This document shows positions 1 through 10,721 of a stretch of 35,231 nucleotides of DNA, piece after piece. Under the pieces are notes generated by a model, which worked only from the letters and a program-made list of their open reading frames with translations, was not told the DNA's origin and searched no databases. The stretch comes from Macrostomum lignano (taxonomy: Eukaryota): the NCBI GenBank assembly GCA_002269645.1, contig NIVC01003868.1, positions 1 to 35,231 of the forward strand. The letters run 5' to 3'. The position numbers and the translations under genes are program-made. The first letter of the stretch is position 1. Each line of letters starts with the position of its first letter.

Positions 1-395
1 CGCAACCCCAAACCAAGCGGCAGGCCCCAAAAAGCAAAATACCACCCTGCGGGGGGACCCAAGAGCCCAGGAACCGTTAGCGACCAGACAAATACCTGGC
101 CAAGCGTCCATCAGCACGGAGTTACGCTGCGAACACTAGAGGGTGCGTTTATATGGTCACACCAGGACCCGGCGCCAACGAATCAGCTCGGCAAGGCCGA
201 GAAGGCCTGCCTTAACACCCACGGGACGAATACCCTTCGAAGTGTGCCTTGCAAGGTGAAAATCAGGAGACAGAGTCTCTTGAGCTATCAGCCGCCAGGA
301 GAGGCAGGTGTGAGCGTCGCTGGCTGGAAAGAGGCCACAGATTGTTCACCACGCAATTTTGTGCAGGACCCGGGTCCTGGGGCAACAGGCCGGCA
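1..395 (-). mobile_element. 5' UTR fragment of a second copy of the LOA-like non-LTR retrotransposon; the rest lies left of the window
   Basis: Near-identical, apart from many 1-4 bp indels, to ~8590-9010, which is the 5' UTR of the element at 4878-9010. Confidence 0.8.
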
Positions 396-689
396 TACTA
401 AATATGATTATATCATTAATTTTTTCAAATTAGAGTCGAGTAAGGTACATCGTTTGAGGAAAGCCAGGAAAACGAAAGCAAAAACAAACATTCGCATTTT
501 TCTTTAATAATACGAAATTAAAATTTATTAATCTTCGCGCGACATGTTTCGCCGAACAATCGGCATCGTCAGGCAAAAATATAGATGCAAAGGGATAGTA
601 TTTTTTTAAGTCTAGTAAGCCAAAATGATGCAAAGAATGGTATCAGAGTTAGATGGCCCTAAATAAGAGGCAAGCGCATGGGGTCAGAA

Positions 690-975
690 CCCAACAAAGG
701 GTCAAAAAAGACAGGGTGCCCACCTAGAGACAGGGCACCAACCAAGAGACATTGGCGCCCACAAAGAGACAGTGGCGCCCACCAAGAGATAGGGACGCAC
801 ACTTAGAGACAGGGGCGCCCAGTAAGAAACAGGGTCGCCCACAAAGAGACGGGGTGCATGCCACGAGACAGAAGCACCATTAAGAGATAGGGGCGCCAAC
901 CAAGAAACAAAAATACTCAACAAGAGACAGGGGCAAAAACCAAGAGATAAAGGCGCGCACTAAGGAGGGGGCTCA
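690..975 (+). repeat. Degenerate ~20-bp minisatellite (consensus ~GAGACAGGGGCGCCCACCAA, ~13 units), copy 1
   Basis: GAGAC/GAGAT/GAAAC heads recur every 19-21 bp with GGCGCCC cores. Confidence 0.75.
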
Positions 976-1874
976 AAAAGACCCAAATGTTATCACATCG
1001 CCCAAAAAATAGTCTTTGAAACCAACGTAAATTTAGGTCCAATAAAAGAGTCCTAAGAGTATCTTTAAGAGGTTCATACGTCCACCATCACCCATGAATT
1101 GGAGAGGATCTCCGATGGCCTGGACTCTGTGTCACAATGATGAAGTGCCAATGAAGTGTTCAGTGTTACGCAGCCTCACGGTCAGACGACCGACATCGCC
1201 TGTCGCACCTCATCAGAGCTCATCCGCCCGCGGGCGACTCCGAAGCACCTCACGCAGAGTGGCTGAGATCCAGTATAATCAAAATCACCGGACCTGCTTG
1301 TTGATCCCCTGCTCATATCTCCTGAAGGCTCTGACCGTTCTTCATCAGCGCTATCTGTCAACAATTTACCTCAGTTCAGGTGCTAAAGTGATTGATTTAT
1401 TCACTATTCACTCTGAGGCTCAATAAAGCTTGATTCGATCAAAGGCTTTAGGAGAGGCCAAAACCTTCATACTCTTTTGGTAGACGTGATGCACTGTAGA
1501 TGTATGAATAAATGAAATGAATAAATAAGTTTAATAGTAAGTAGCAAAGCTTAAGCAACAAAGGAAAAAAACATAATCATGATGTGGCTGGAGATAGTGC
1601 ATGCAACAATAAAAAACACTAGGAAAGTGGCTTAATTATATTTTAAAACTCGTAAAGGTAAAAAACAGCAAAAAAGCACAGTAATATGAGTATAACAGGT
1701 AAACTGCGTGAATATCATAATCCACAAAAACGAAACTAAAACTAAAACTAATGCAACATATGACATAGCATTGATGAAACACTAAAATTTGCCTTTAAGG
1801 AATAAAGATTTAATAATTATTTAGTCATTAATTACACCGCAGCTATTGAGCGGCGCATCTGACAAATGCGTACG

Positions 1875-2057
1875 GCTGTTCAGTCCAAGGACTAGGGGCC
1901 GGGGGGTTGCCACCTCCTCTCTCAATTACCGGCCCCAGCTAATGCTGGCACCCATTTTACAGCTGGGTGACCTGATGCAATGCATAGTTGTTAAGTGACA
2001 CAAATTGTTCCAGTGCAGGATCCTGAATCGAACCCCCGACCTTCAAGTCGTGAGTCC
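1875..2057 (-). mobile_element. tRNA-derived SINE remnant with a conserved-core-like (Nin/Deu/CORE-type) segment, copy 1
   Basis: Minus strand reads GGGGGTTCGATTC (B-box GTTCGANNC), followed by CACCCAGCTGTAAAATGGGTGCC, resembling central domains of invertebrate SINEs; no A-box seen. Confidence 0.55.
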
Positions 2058-2096
2058 ATCACAGAAATTTACGTTCATATAAAAGTGGAATTCATA

Positions 2097-2773
2097 CTAT
2101 AACAAACTGCCACCCAGCCTGAAGTTTTTCACAATTTTTGCCATCTCTGTCAGGTTGGCAAAATACTCCGGTGTGTGAGTGATACCCCAGCTCGTCCCGC
2201 TCTTTCGCATGTCGTGAATGGCGTACACAGGCGGTGACGAGTCCGTAACCGCGTTGAATTTAGTCATGTCTGAGCACAGCTGCGTCAGGTTCTTCACCTT
2301 CCGAAGAAAGTACATTCTGGGGTCAATCCACCGAGCCAATTTGCTGCAACTTTTGCCTAGCTTCAAAATTCGATAGTCCTTAAAATGTTTCGACACACCG
2401 TCCAGAGAGTTGTTCTCGTACGGGTAGAAGCTGAACGAAGGCGGAACGTACACCCCTGCGAGTGGGTTGTTTGTCAGCGGGTAACGGATCTGGTACTGCT
2501 CCAAAGTGATCGTCAGACCTTCAGGTCCGGCAAAGGCGAGTATGTCTTCGCTAATCTTTCTCTTTGACAGCTGCTTGAGCACAAATCTGAAGAAAATGTG
2601 TCCAGGCGCAGACATGAGGAAGGCCGGACTGGCCGCAGGTCTTATCGCCAGTGAGGCCCGAACAGTTGCAGCGAGTGCGTCTCTGGCTCGCGAGTGACCA
2701 CCGCGTAGAAGCGACGAAACTCGTCCAGACTTCGCACCAGCTTGTAGTCCAGGTCCGCGTACACGCCGCCGAG
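2097..2773 (-). pseudogene. Glycosyltransferase copy 1, exon 2 (1-bp frameshift at ~2647; true pseudogene or assembly error)
   Basis: Acceptor ACAG|CTC GGC GGC GTG TAC GCG GAC CTG GAC (LGGVYADLD); 677 bp versus 678 bp in copy 2; CG at 2646-2647 versus CGG at 11271-11273. Confidence 0.8.
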
Positions 2774-3161
2774 CTGTCACGATTTGAATTAGGGTTTTTT
2801 CAGGGCCATTGCACGAATGCAAATATCACAGCAAGGTAGTTCGACATATGTAATTTGTTATGTTAGGTGTAGCAACGCACGAAAACCAGGCGCATGTAGG
2901 TCTGTCCCACATACATTTACAGTGTATCAGTAGGGATACATGTGTAAATATTTATTGCCGTTCATCAGCCATGACGAGGAAGCAAAAAGGCATTATGACT
3001 GACTTAATTCCTGTGTGTAAGGTGTGAACATGACGTGATTAGTTTTAGACGATCCACCTCTGATTGAAGTTTAGCAGAATTCATTAAACTATATGTACTC
3101 GAGGATATTCAAAGGAGAAAACCGATTTTTAAAATTATTTTTGCAGCGATTTTCGACATAC

Positions 3162-3634
3162 CTTGAGCAGTAGCATGTAGCGAATCATATCGATCCGCAT
3201 GATTTTCAGCTCCAGCGACCTGAACTTGTCCAGTAGTTCAGGGAAGTTCGCGGCCACGAATGGCTCCAGGTCCTGGTCGCGCCACAGCACGTAGGTCCAG
3301 TCGGGATGAATTCTCTGCCAAGATTTTACTTGCTGAGCGAAGTAGTCGGATATGAACTCATTGCGCCAGAGAATGTGCCGAATTTTCGGTATCGGGAGAG
3401 TGCCGCTTGCGCTCATGTGATTTCATAATGTCGCCTGCAGCTCTCGTTTGCACAGACAGTCGGTAAGAAAGTGTGCAGCGCGGACGGAACAGTGTTGGTA
3501 GTTTGTTTTTCGAGAATCACACCGTCGATACTTAAATCTTCAAACAGTGACGCCATTAGAGAAAGGCTTGCGTAGCCAAGCATCAGGAGGCAAGTCACGA
3601 AAATTATTTTTCTTAGCTTGCCTCGGAATAGCAT
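3162..3634 (-). pseudogene. Glycosyltransferase copy 1, exon 1 (1-bp frameshift at ~3421)
   Basis: ORFs 3413-3634 (MLFRGKLRKIIFVTCLLMLG, signal anchor) and 3135-3416 (IPKIRHILW...IMRIDMIRYMLLLK) join if TTT at 3421-3423 is TTTT as at 12053-12056; donor AAG|GTATGT. Confidence 0.8.
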
Positions 3635-4060
3635 TTCAAATGATGGTAAAGCGGACTATCCTTAGTCCGCGATGCTTTTGCTCGTACGTTTGTGATTCAA
3701 CGCGAAGTGAAGTGGTCGAACCAAGTATTTCAAATGACTTTCGTCTACGGCCACAAAGGAAAGGAGGCATCTTTGCTCTCGAAAAATAATTTTAGCTGAA
3801 GTCTGTGGCGGCTAGAGACAACCGCATCTTTTGTCTATGGCCACTTCTAATTTGTACGCCTCTCGTTACAGTCGAGAAGCCGCCAACTGGCTGTGAGAAA
3901 TAAGCAAGCGCACTTTTCTTTTTCTAACTGGCACCGCGATCGAGAGCCACTTCAAACCACAGAATATTCTGTGCTTCAAACCAACCAACGCCTACCTCAC
4001 TATTGTGTATAGATAGAATTATTGAAAATCATGAGATGCCGCCCTGTGGACATTTATATA

Positions 4061-4648
4061 CTGTCCGTCAAAAGTTCCGGAACCCTTGCTACGATGTCTT
4101 CTAGCGGACATAATTTCAGTCCGTTTCAATTGTAACTTGATTCAAATGAAAGCTGCGGATCTCAGCTCCATGATGTGGTCAAGAAAAAGTTTATTCGAAG
4201 GAGCGCGTGTGAACAGGCCAGTGTTATGTACATAAAGGTTAGAGAAAAAAAGTGAGGAAAAGACAAACAAGCAATTGACTCTCCCATGAAAGCTGACTGC
4301 ACAAGAATCCATAAGAGCCTGTTGATTTCAACACAAGTTTTGGCCATAGACTAATGTTAGCCAGGCTGAACACTGCGCGCAAACCGATTCCTTCCCATGT
4401 GTGTTTGCTCCATAGACTCAGCAACCATAGACAATTGCTTGTTTGTCTTTTCCTCACTTTTTTTCTCTAACCTTTATGTACATAACACTGGCCTGTTCAC
4501 ACGCGCTCCTTCGAATAAACTTTTTCTTGACCACATCATGGAGCTGAGATCCGCAGCTTTCATTTGAATCAAGTTACAATTGAAACGGACTGAAATTATG
4601 TCCGCTAGAAGACATCGTAGCAAGGGTTCCGGAACTTTTGACGGACAG
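4061..4648. mobile_element. MITE / non-autonomous DNA transposon with 217-bp perfect terminal inverted repeats
   Basis: 4061-4277 is the reverse complement of 4432-4648 with no mismatch seen; 154-bp non-coding spacer; TA on the left flank, TT on the right (imperfect Tc1/mariner-type TSD). Confidence 0.85.
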
Positions 4649-4877
4649 TTAGTTGCATATGTGGCTACATAGTACGCGTATAGGTACATTTAATTACGAC
4701 TTTTTTGCACAACCTGCCCTGAGTCCAGATAAATCAAAGTCATCCCCACAAAGAAATAAAGGTTATCTTTGTAGCGACATGCGACTTGTGATTTTTGATA
4801 GAGGCGTTGGGAAGCAGTGAGAGCAGAAATATGTGCGAAAACTGCTAAAATCATTGCGACCAATGGCTTCCCGTGCT

Positions 4878-7757
4878 AGTTCCGACCGCTAAGCTGCCTT
4901 CGGCGCAGCTCTGCCGCGCAGGAGCTGATGGCGAGCACCTCGCTCTGAAAAACACTGGAATTGAGCCCAGTGTGCTGGGAGTAGCTCCACACCACTTCTC
5001 CCTTGAAAAAGACGCAAGCTCTGAAAACCTGAAAGACCATGCCTCATAGAGCCGTCAGTGTAACAGTGGACTTCAGAATCGCTCCAGCTGTCACTCGCCT
5101 CGTGTCGAGGCTGAATAGTGACCTTATACTTTGGCTCAGGAGAAGGATGGCTGGGATCGAGTCCGTGAGGATGTCGAGCCCGCCACACTCCTCGAGAGTC
5201 TTGAGGCAGAGGTCAGAGTGCGGGATAAGTGACCGCTTCTTAAAGGCCCGCACTTTCTTGAAGGCCACCCCAGCATCCAGAAGACGCCGGGTGCTCTTCG
5301 CCGCCTCTCCTTTGATATAAATATCCAGAGGAGGGGCAGAGGAAGGCATTCATGCCTTCAAAAGGAGAGAGGGTGGAGCGCCCATAGTCATGCGGCAGGC
5401 CTGCCCTGGATTTTGTAGAGAGCGTCGAGGTTGCTCTTGACGCTCAGACCGCTGCCCACACGATGCCACTGATCGAGGGGCGGATAATGGCAGTGTAAAT
5501 CCACCACAGCTTCCTGGGGTGAGTCCCCAGGTGATGCCCACGGCGCCCCTGATCTGAGCCAGGACAGCCAGGGCTTTTTTAGTTTTTGTTTGAATGTGCG
5601 GAGTCCAGTTAAGCCTGTGGTCTAGAGTGAGGCCCAGGCAGCGGACCTGCTTCTCCATGGAAATATCCTTTCCATAGAGGGTGAGGGGCTTAATGGTCCA
5701 GAGCAGTATGTTGGTAAACATGGCCGCTGTGGTTTTCGACTCTGAGAGTCTAAGGCCACATTGGTTTGCCCAACGTCCGTTAGTCCCAGAAAGACCTGCA
5801 GAAGATCTCTGACATGGTATCAACCGAGGGGCCCGCGCATATCACGTTCACATCATCGGCATAGCCCACCTTGAGAATGGGGTCATGGAGATCACTGCAA
5901 AGCAACTCATCCATGACCATGTTCCAGAGAACGGGGGTGAGAACCCCGCCCTGGGGGCCCCCTTTCTGGACAGGCGCCGTAAGAGAGCTGCCGTTCAGGT
6001 GGGCCACAACAGTGCGGTTCCGGATCATGAACATGATCCACCGGACAAGGTGAGGGTGCGTGGCCCTGGATTCCAGGGCTCTGCAAAAGGCCTCGAAGGT
6101 GACGTTGTCGAAGGCCCCTCAATGTCGAGGAAAAGCGAGAGAGCAAAGCCGCTGCCAAGAACGGCCCTCTCCAGGAAGTCAACAATGACATGAAGGACTC
6201 TCGGTAGACCTGCCCGCGCGGAAGGCGTGCTGGTTCTGCGAGAGTAGGAAGCACTTCAGCTCGACCGAAAGTAGGCGCCAAAGCACCAGTCTTTCGAGAA
6301 GCTTAAGGCAGAAAGAGGTGAGGCTGATAGGCCTGAAGGCCTTCACCGATTGGTAGTCGCTCTTTCCAGGCTTGGGGATGAAGACCACCCGGGCCTCTCT
6401 CCACGCAACTGGTACATAGCCCAGCTCCACCCAAGCTCGGAGGAGACGACAGAGGAGGTCCAGAAAGCGGTGGTTTTCACCGCCTCGTGCAAGAACGCTG
6501 GGTAGATGCCGTCGGGCCCAGGCGCCTTGAACGGGTTAAAGGACCTTGCTGCTCTAATAATGCGGTCTTTGGTGATCATTGACTTCGCTAGGCCTTGCCC
6601 TCCCACGGAGTGGTCAGGCGGGCCCTTCTAAGTAGGAGATTTAGGGAGAAACTATTGAGCATGAGCTCTAGAGTTGCTTCAGAGCTCTCTGTGACCAGGT
6701 CTCTTCACCACAGAGAGTTTAGAAAAACGGTCGTTCGTGAGTGCCTTTACCTCGCGGGCTACGGGGCGAGAGCCCTCAAGCACTTCGCAATATTGGCGCC
6801 ACTTGGTCGTCTTGGCCCTACTGACTTGGCCCTTAAACTCGTGGATCGCACGGGTATAGACCTCTCTATCAGATGGGTCTTTGGTTTTGAGCGCTCACAT
6901 TTGGAGGGTCCTGGCTCGGCGCCGAAGGGCCCCGAGCTCTGGGTTCCACCAGGGAGCAGATTTCTTGCCTTTGTAGGCTTTTAGAGGGCAGGCTGCTTCA
7001 AAAGCAGTGGTGATCGCCCCGCCCAGTGAGGAGGCGAGATCATCCACCACCTGGCAGTCAGAGAGGTCACTGGGGGTGTCAAGATCCCGAAGACCGCGGC
7101 TCAGCTTCGAGCTTAAGGCGGCCCAATCGGTATTTCTGACGTTCCGACTCCAAGTGACCTTAGGCTTTTGCTTGGTCGGCCCAATGCAAAAGCGGATAAA
7201 GCGGTGGTCCGAGAGCGAGTCCTCGTCCCACACTCGCCAGCCTGTTACTGTGGACAGAAGTCCGGGTGAGGCGATGGTGGTGTCGATGACTTGGCCCACC
7301 GCCCATTATTGAACGTTGGTGCATTGCCCATGTTACAGAAGTTGAGGTTAGTGCTGCTGACATAGGCCAGCAGCTCCTCGCCTCTGTGTTGTTATTCTTG
7401 CTGCCCCAATGCTTGTGGTGCGCGTTCACATCCCCTGCAATGAGCAGTTCGAAGTGACGGGACGCGGCGTAGTCAATAAGGTGACTAGCGCGTCGCAGAC
7501 TACTGGGTATCGCCTAGGAAACAGGCAGATGCTGCCAGTACAGGTTTATTGGGAAGGAGGTTATTGATTTGAATAACACAGATGTCCTCGGTCGAGAGAT
7601 CAGGTCTCATCCATGCCTCAAAAGCTTTAGCAGCAAAGACCAGAGATCTTGGGCGAGGCTGAGAGTCCGCCATGCAAAAGCAGTGGTAGCCAAATGGTAC
7701 GTTATTTGGCTTACCTTTAGTCATCCAGGGCTCCTGCACGAAGACCAGATCCGGTTG
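4878..7757 (-). pseudogene. LINE ORF2 (APE endonuclease, reverse transcriptase, RNase H), fragmented by frameshifts
   Basis: Pieces in ORFs 7500-7739, 7160-7429, 6895-7299, 6343-6606, 6179-6430, 5780-6034, 5350-5823, 5044-5349 and 4889-5188 carry consecutive canonical motifs. Confidence 0.9.
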
Positions 7758-8539
7758 ACTGCTAGCATTCCTTTCCGGAGCTCATCAGTAGAGGTAACGA
7801 CGCTCCTAGCCGGAACCCAGATTCGATGCCTCTTGGTCCGGGGGCGCTCGTCCTCTCTGCAGAAGGCTAGGTTGAGGTCCCAGCTCGGCTCGGGCAGCAG
7901 CTCAAGGAGCCGCCGTCCCGATTCAGCATCACTGGGACAAATAAGAAGGCAAGAGTCCCTCGTCGCATTCGAGTGAATGTTTAGAGGCATTCCCTTCAGA
8001 GTAAGCTTCCACAGGAGGGCGATCAACAGCACCTCTCACCTGCTTCAGCTGGTCGGGGAACAGGCGCGTGTCCTTCTTCAGGATGACAACCGCCGGTTGC
8101 CTCTTTGCCGCATCAGCGTAGGAGGTCCGGGGGTCGTGGAGCCATCTTCAGGTGGGCTGTCGACCCTCCCGGCTGCATCAGCCTCCCTATCCTGGGCAGT
8201 GACTTCAGTGGGCTCAAGGCCCTGTTCCGCCGCCGCCCCAGATTGGGAAGCTTCCGCTGCCCCGGGCCGTTGGCCCCTGGCGCCGGTTAGTCTTCCGCCC
8301 TCCTTGGCCCGCCTCGCCTTGTTAAGTCGACGGAGGGCAGCTCCAGAGGTGGTGCTCAGCTGCTTGGCAGCTGGAGTAGCAGGTGTCTTCTCGGAGGCAC
8401 CGCTCAGAGTTTGCTCCACGGATCTCGCCGGGGCGTCCCCGATGGTAGCAGGTGGTATGGCCGCGGAGTCCACGGCCCCAGCCGAGGCCGGAGGCACTGT
8501 GTCATCCACAGCCGGTTGGGTACTTCGGTTAGAAGCCAT
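7758..8539 (-). pseudogene. LINE ORF1 (low-complexity N-terminus, SGAALRRLNKARR basic motif, DUF4780-like segment), frameshifted
   Basis: ORFs 8078-8539 and 7721-8032; the basic SGA..RR motif and RIWVP...L...N pattern resemble ORF1 of LOA/R1-type elements. Confidence 0.6.
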
Positions 8540-9294
8540 TGGCTGGAAGTAAAAAAGAGGGACTTACTGCAGAGAGCAGGCAAAGAGCCGCAAGGCCGCC
8601 CCCAAAACAAGCGGCAGGTCCCCAAAAAGCAAAATACCACCCTGCAGGCCGTGCAGGGGGACCCAAGAGCCCAGGGGAACCGTTAGCGACCAGACAAATA
8701 CCTGGCCAAGCGTCCATCAGCACGGAGTTACGCTGGAACACTAGAGGGTGCGTTTATATGGTCACACCAGGACCCGGCGCCAACGAATCAGCTCGGCAAG
8801 GCCCGAGAAGGCCTGCCTTAACACCCACGGGACGAATACCCTTCGAAGTGTGCCTTGCAAGGTGAAAATCAGGAGACAGAGTCTCTTGAGCTATCAGCCC
8901 GCCAGGAGAGGCAGGTGTGAGCGTCGCTGGCTGGGAAAGAGGCCACAGATTGTTCACCACGCAATTTTGTGCAGGACCCGGGGTCCTGGGGGCAACAGGC
9001 CCGGCATACTAAATATGATTATATCATTAATTTTTTCAAATTAGAGTCGAGGTAAGGTACATCGTTTGAGGAAAGCCAGGAAAACGAAAGCAAAAACAAA
9101 CATTCGCATTTTTCTTTAATAATACGAAATTAAATTTATTAATCTTCGCGCGACATGTTTCGCCGAACAATCGGCATCGTCAGGCAAAAATATAGATGCA
9201 AAGGATAGTATTTTTTTAAGTCTAGTAAGCCAAAATGATGCAAGAATGGGTATCAGAGTTAGATGGCCCTAAATAAGAGGCAAGCGCATGGGGT

Positions 9295-9595
9295 CAGAAC
9301 CCAACAAAGGGTCAAAAAAAGACAGGGGTGCCCACCTAGAGACAGGGGCACCAACCAAGAGACATTGGCGCCCACAAAGAGACAGTGGCGCCCACCAAGA
9401 GATAGGGACGCACACTTAGAGACAGGGGCGCCCAGTAAGAAACAGGGTCGCCCACAAAGAGACGGGGTGCATGCCACGAGACAGAAGCACCCATTAAGAG
9501 ATAGGGGCGCCAACCAAGAAACAAAAATACTCAACAAGAGACAGGGGCAAAAACCAAGAGATAAAGGCGCTCACTAAGAGGGGGGGCTCAAAAGA
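9295..9595 (+). repeat. Degenerate ~20-bp minisatellite, copy 2
   Basis: Same array as 690-975. Confidence 0.75.
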
Positions 9596-10502
9596 CCCAA
9601 ATGTTATCACATCGCCCAAAAAATAGTCTTTGAAACCAACGTAAATTTAGGTCCAATAAAAGAGTCCTAAGAGTATCTTTAAGAGGTTCATACGTCCACC
9701 ATCACCCATGAATTGGAGAGGATCTCCGATGGCCTGGACTCTGTGTCACAATGATGAAGTGCCAATGAAGTGTTAAGTGTCACGCAGCCTCACGGTCAGA
9801 CGACCGACATCGCCTGTCACACCTCATCAGCCTCCTCATCACTCTGAGGCTCAATAAAGCTTGATTCGATCAAAGGCTTTAGGAGAGGCCGAAACCTTCA
9901 TACTCTTTTGATACATGTGATGCACTGTAGATGTATTGTGTTTATTTGCATGCAATGAAATCTCTCACCCCACTTTCCCACCTACTAAGTTCATCTTGAC
10001 TGTGCATGGCTGCTCAGTCTACTATGTACCTCTGTATTATATACTCGATATTATAGAGAGACAAATGCTTTTTCAGCATATAGCGTACATGTTATAATAA
10101 AAAATGGGCTTAAGATTATGAGTTTCACGACCAAGCTATGAATAAATACATGTTTACTAGTAAGTAGCAAAGCTTAAGTAACAAAGGAAAAAACACATAA
10201 TCATGATGTGGCTAGAGATAGTGCATGCAACAATAAAAAACTGTAGAAAACTGGCTTAATTATATTTTAAAACTCTTAAAGGTAAAAAAAACAGCAAACA
10301 TAAGCACAGTAATACTAGTATAACAGGTAAACTGCGTGAATATCATAATCCATCAAAAACGAAACTAAAACTAAAACTAATACAAGATATGACATAGCAT
10401 TGATGAAACACTAAAATCTGCCTTTAAGAATAAATTTTTATTAATTATTTAGTCATTAATTACACCGCAGCTATTGAGCGGCGCATCTGACGGCTGCGTA
10501 CG

Positions 10503-10682
10503 GCTGTTCAGTCCATCGCCTGGGGGGGGGGTTGCCACCTCCACCCTCAATTACCGGCCCCAGCTAATGCTGGCACCCATTTTACAGCTGGGTGACCTGA
10601 TGCAATGCATAGTTGTTAAGTGACACAAATTGTTCCAGTGCAGGATCCTGAATCGAACCCCTAACCTTCAAGTCGTGAGTCC
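10503..10682 (-). mobile_element. tRNA-derived SINE remnant, copy 2
   Basis: Duplicate of 1875-2057 with B-box GGTTCGATTC on the minus strand. Confidence 0.55.
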
Positions 10683-10721
10683 ATCACAGAAATTTACGTT
10701 CATATAAAAGTGGAATTCTTA

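Larger units (their letters stand above)
1..3640. repeat. Segmental tandem duplication, copy 1 (pairs with ~8590-12270)
   Basis: Colinear near-identity with an offset of ~8600-8630 bp, e.g. GT stop codons at 2097 and 10722, LINE 5' ends at ~390 and ~9008. Confidence 0.95.
4878..9010 (-). mobile_element. Non-LTR retrotransposon, LOA/R1-group-like with RNase H; multiply frameshifted and 3'-truncated
   Basis: In order on the minus strand: ~470-bp 5' UTR, ORF1, APE (DLVFVQEPW, GDVNAHHKHWGS, SDHRFIRF), RT (PGPDGI, FIPKPGK, FRPISL, FLDIEGAFD, PQGGVL, YADD), RNase H start (YTDGS). Confidence 0.9.

Noticed and set aside
1094-1426. 110-aa and 60-aa ORFs in the duplicated flank
   Set aside because: No recognisable motif, and mostly deleted in copy 2.
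5039-8865. Plus-strand ORFs across the LINE
   Set aside because: GC-rich antisense shadows of ORF1, ORF2 and the UTR with no independent motifs.
8700-9010. HDV-like self-cleaving ribozyme at the LINE 5' end (known in some LOA/RTE/R2 elements)
   Set aside because: Several hairpins are visible but I could not fit the P1-P2-P3-P1.1-P4 topology by eye; a descriptor or covariance search would be needed.
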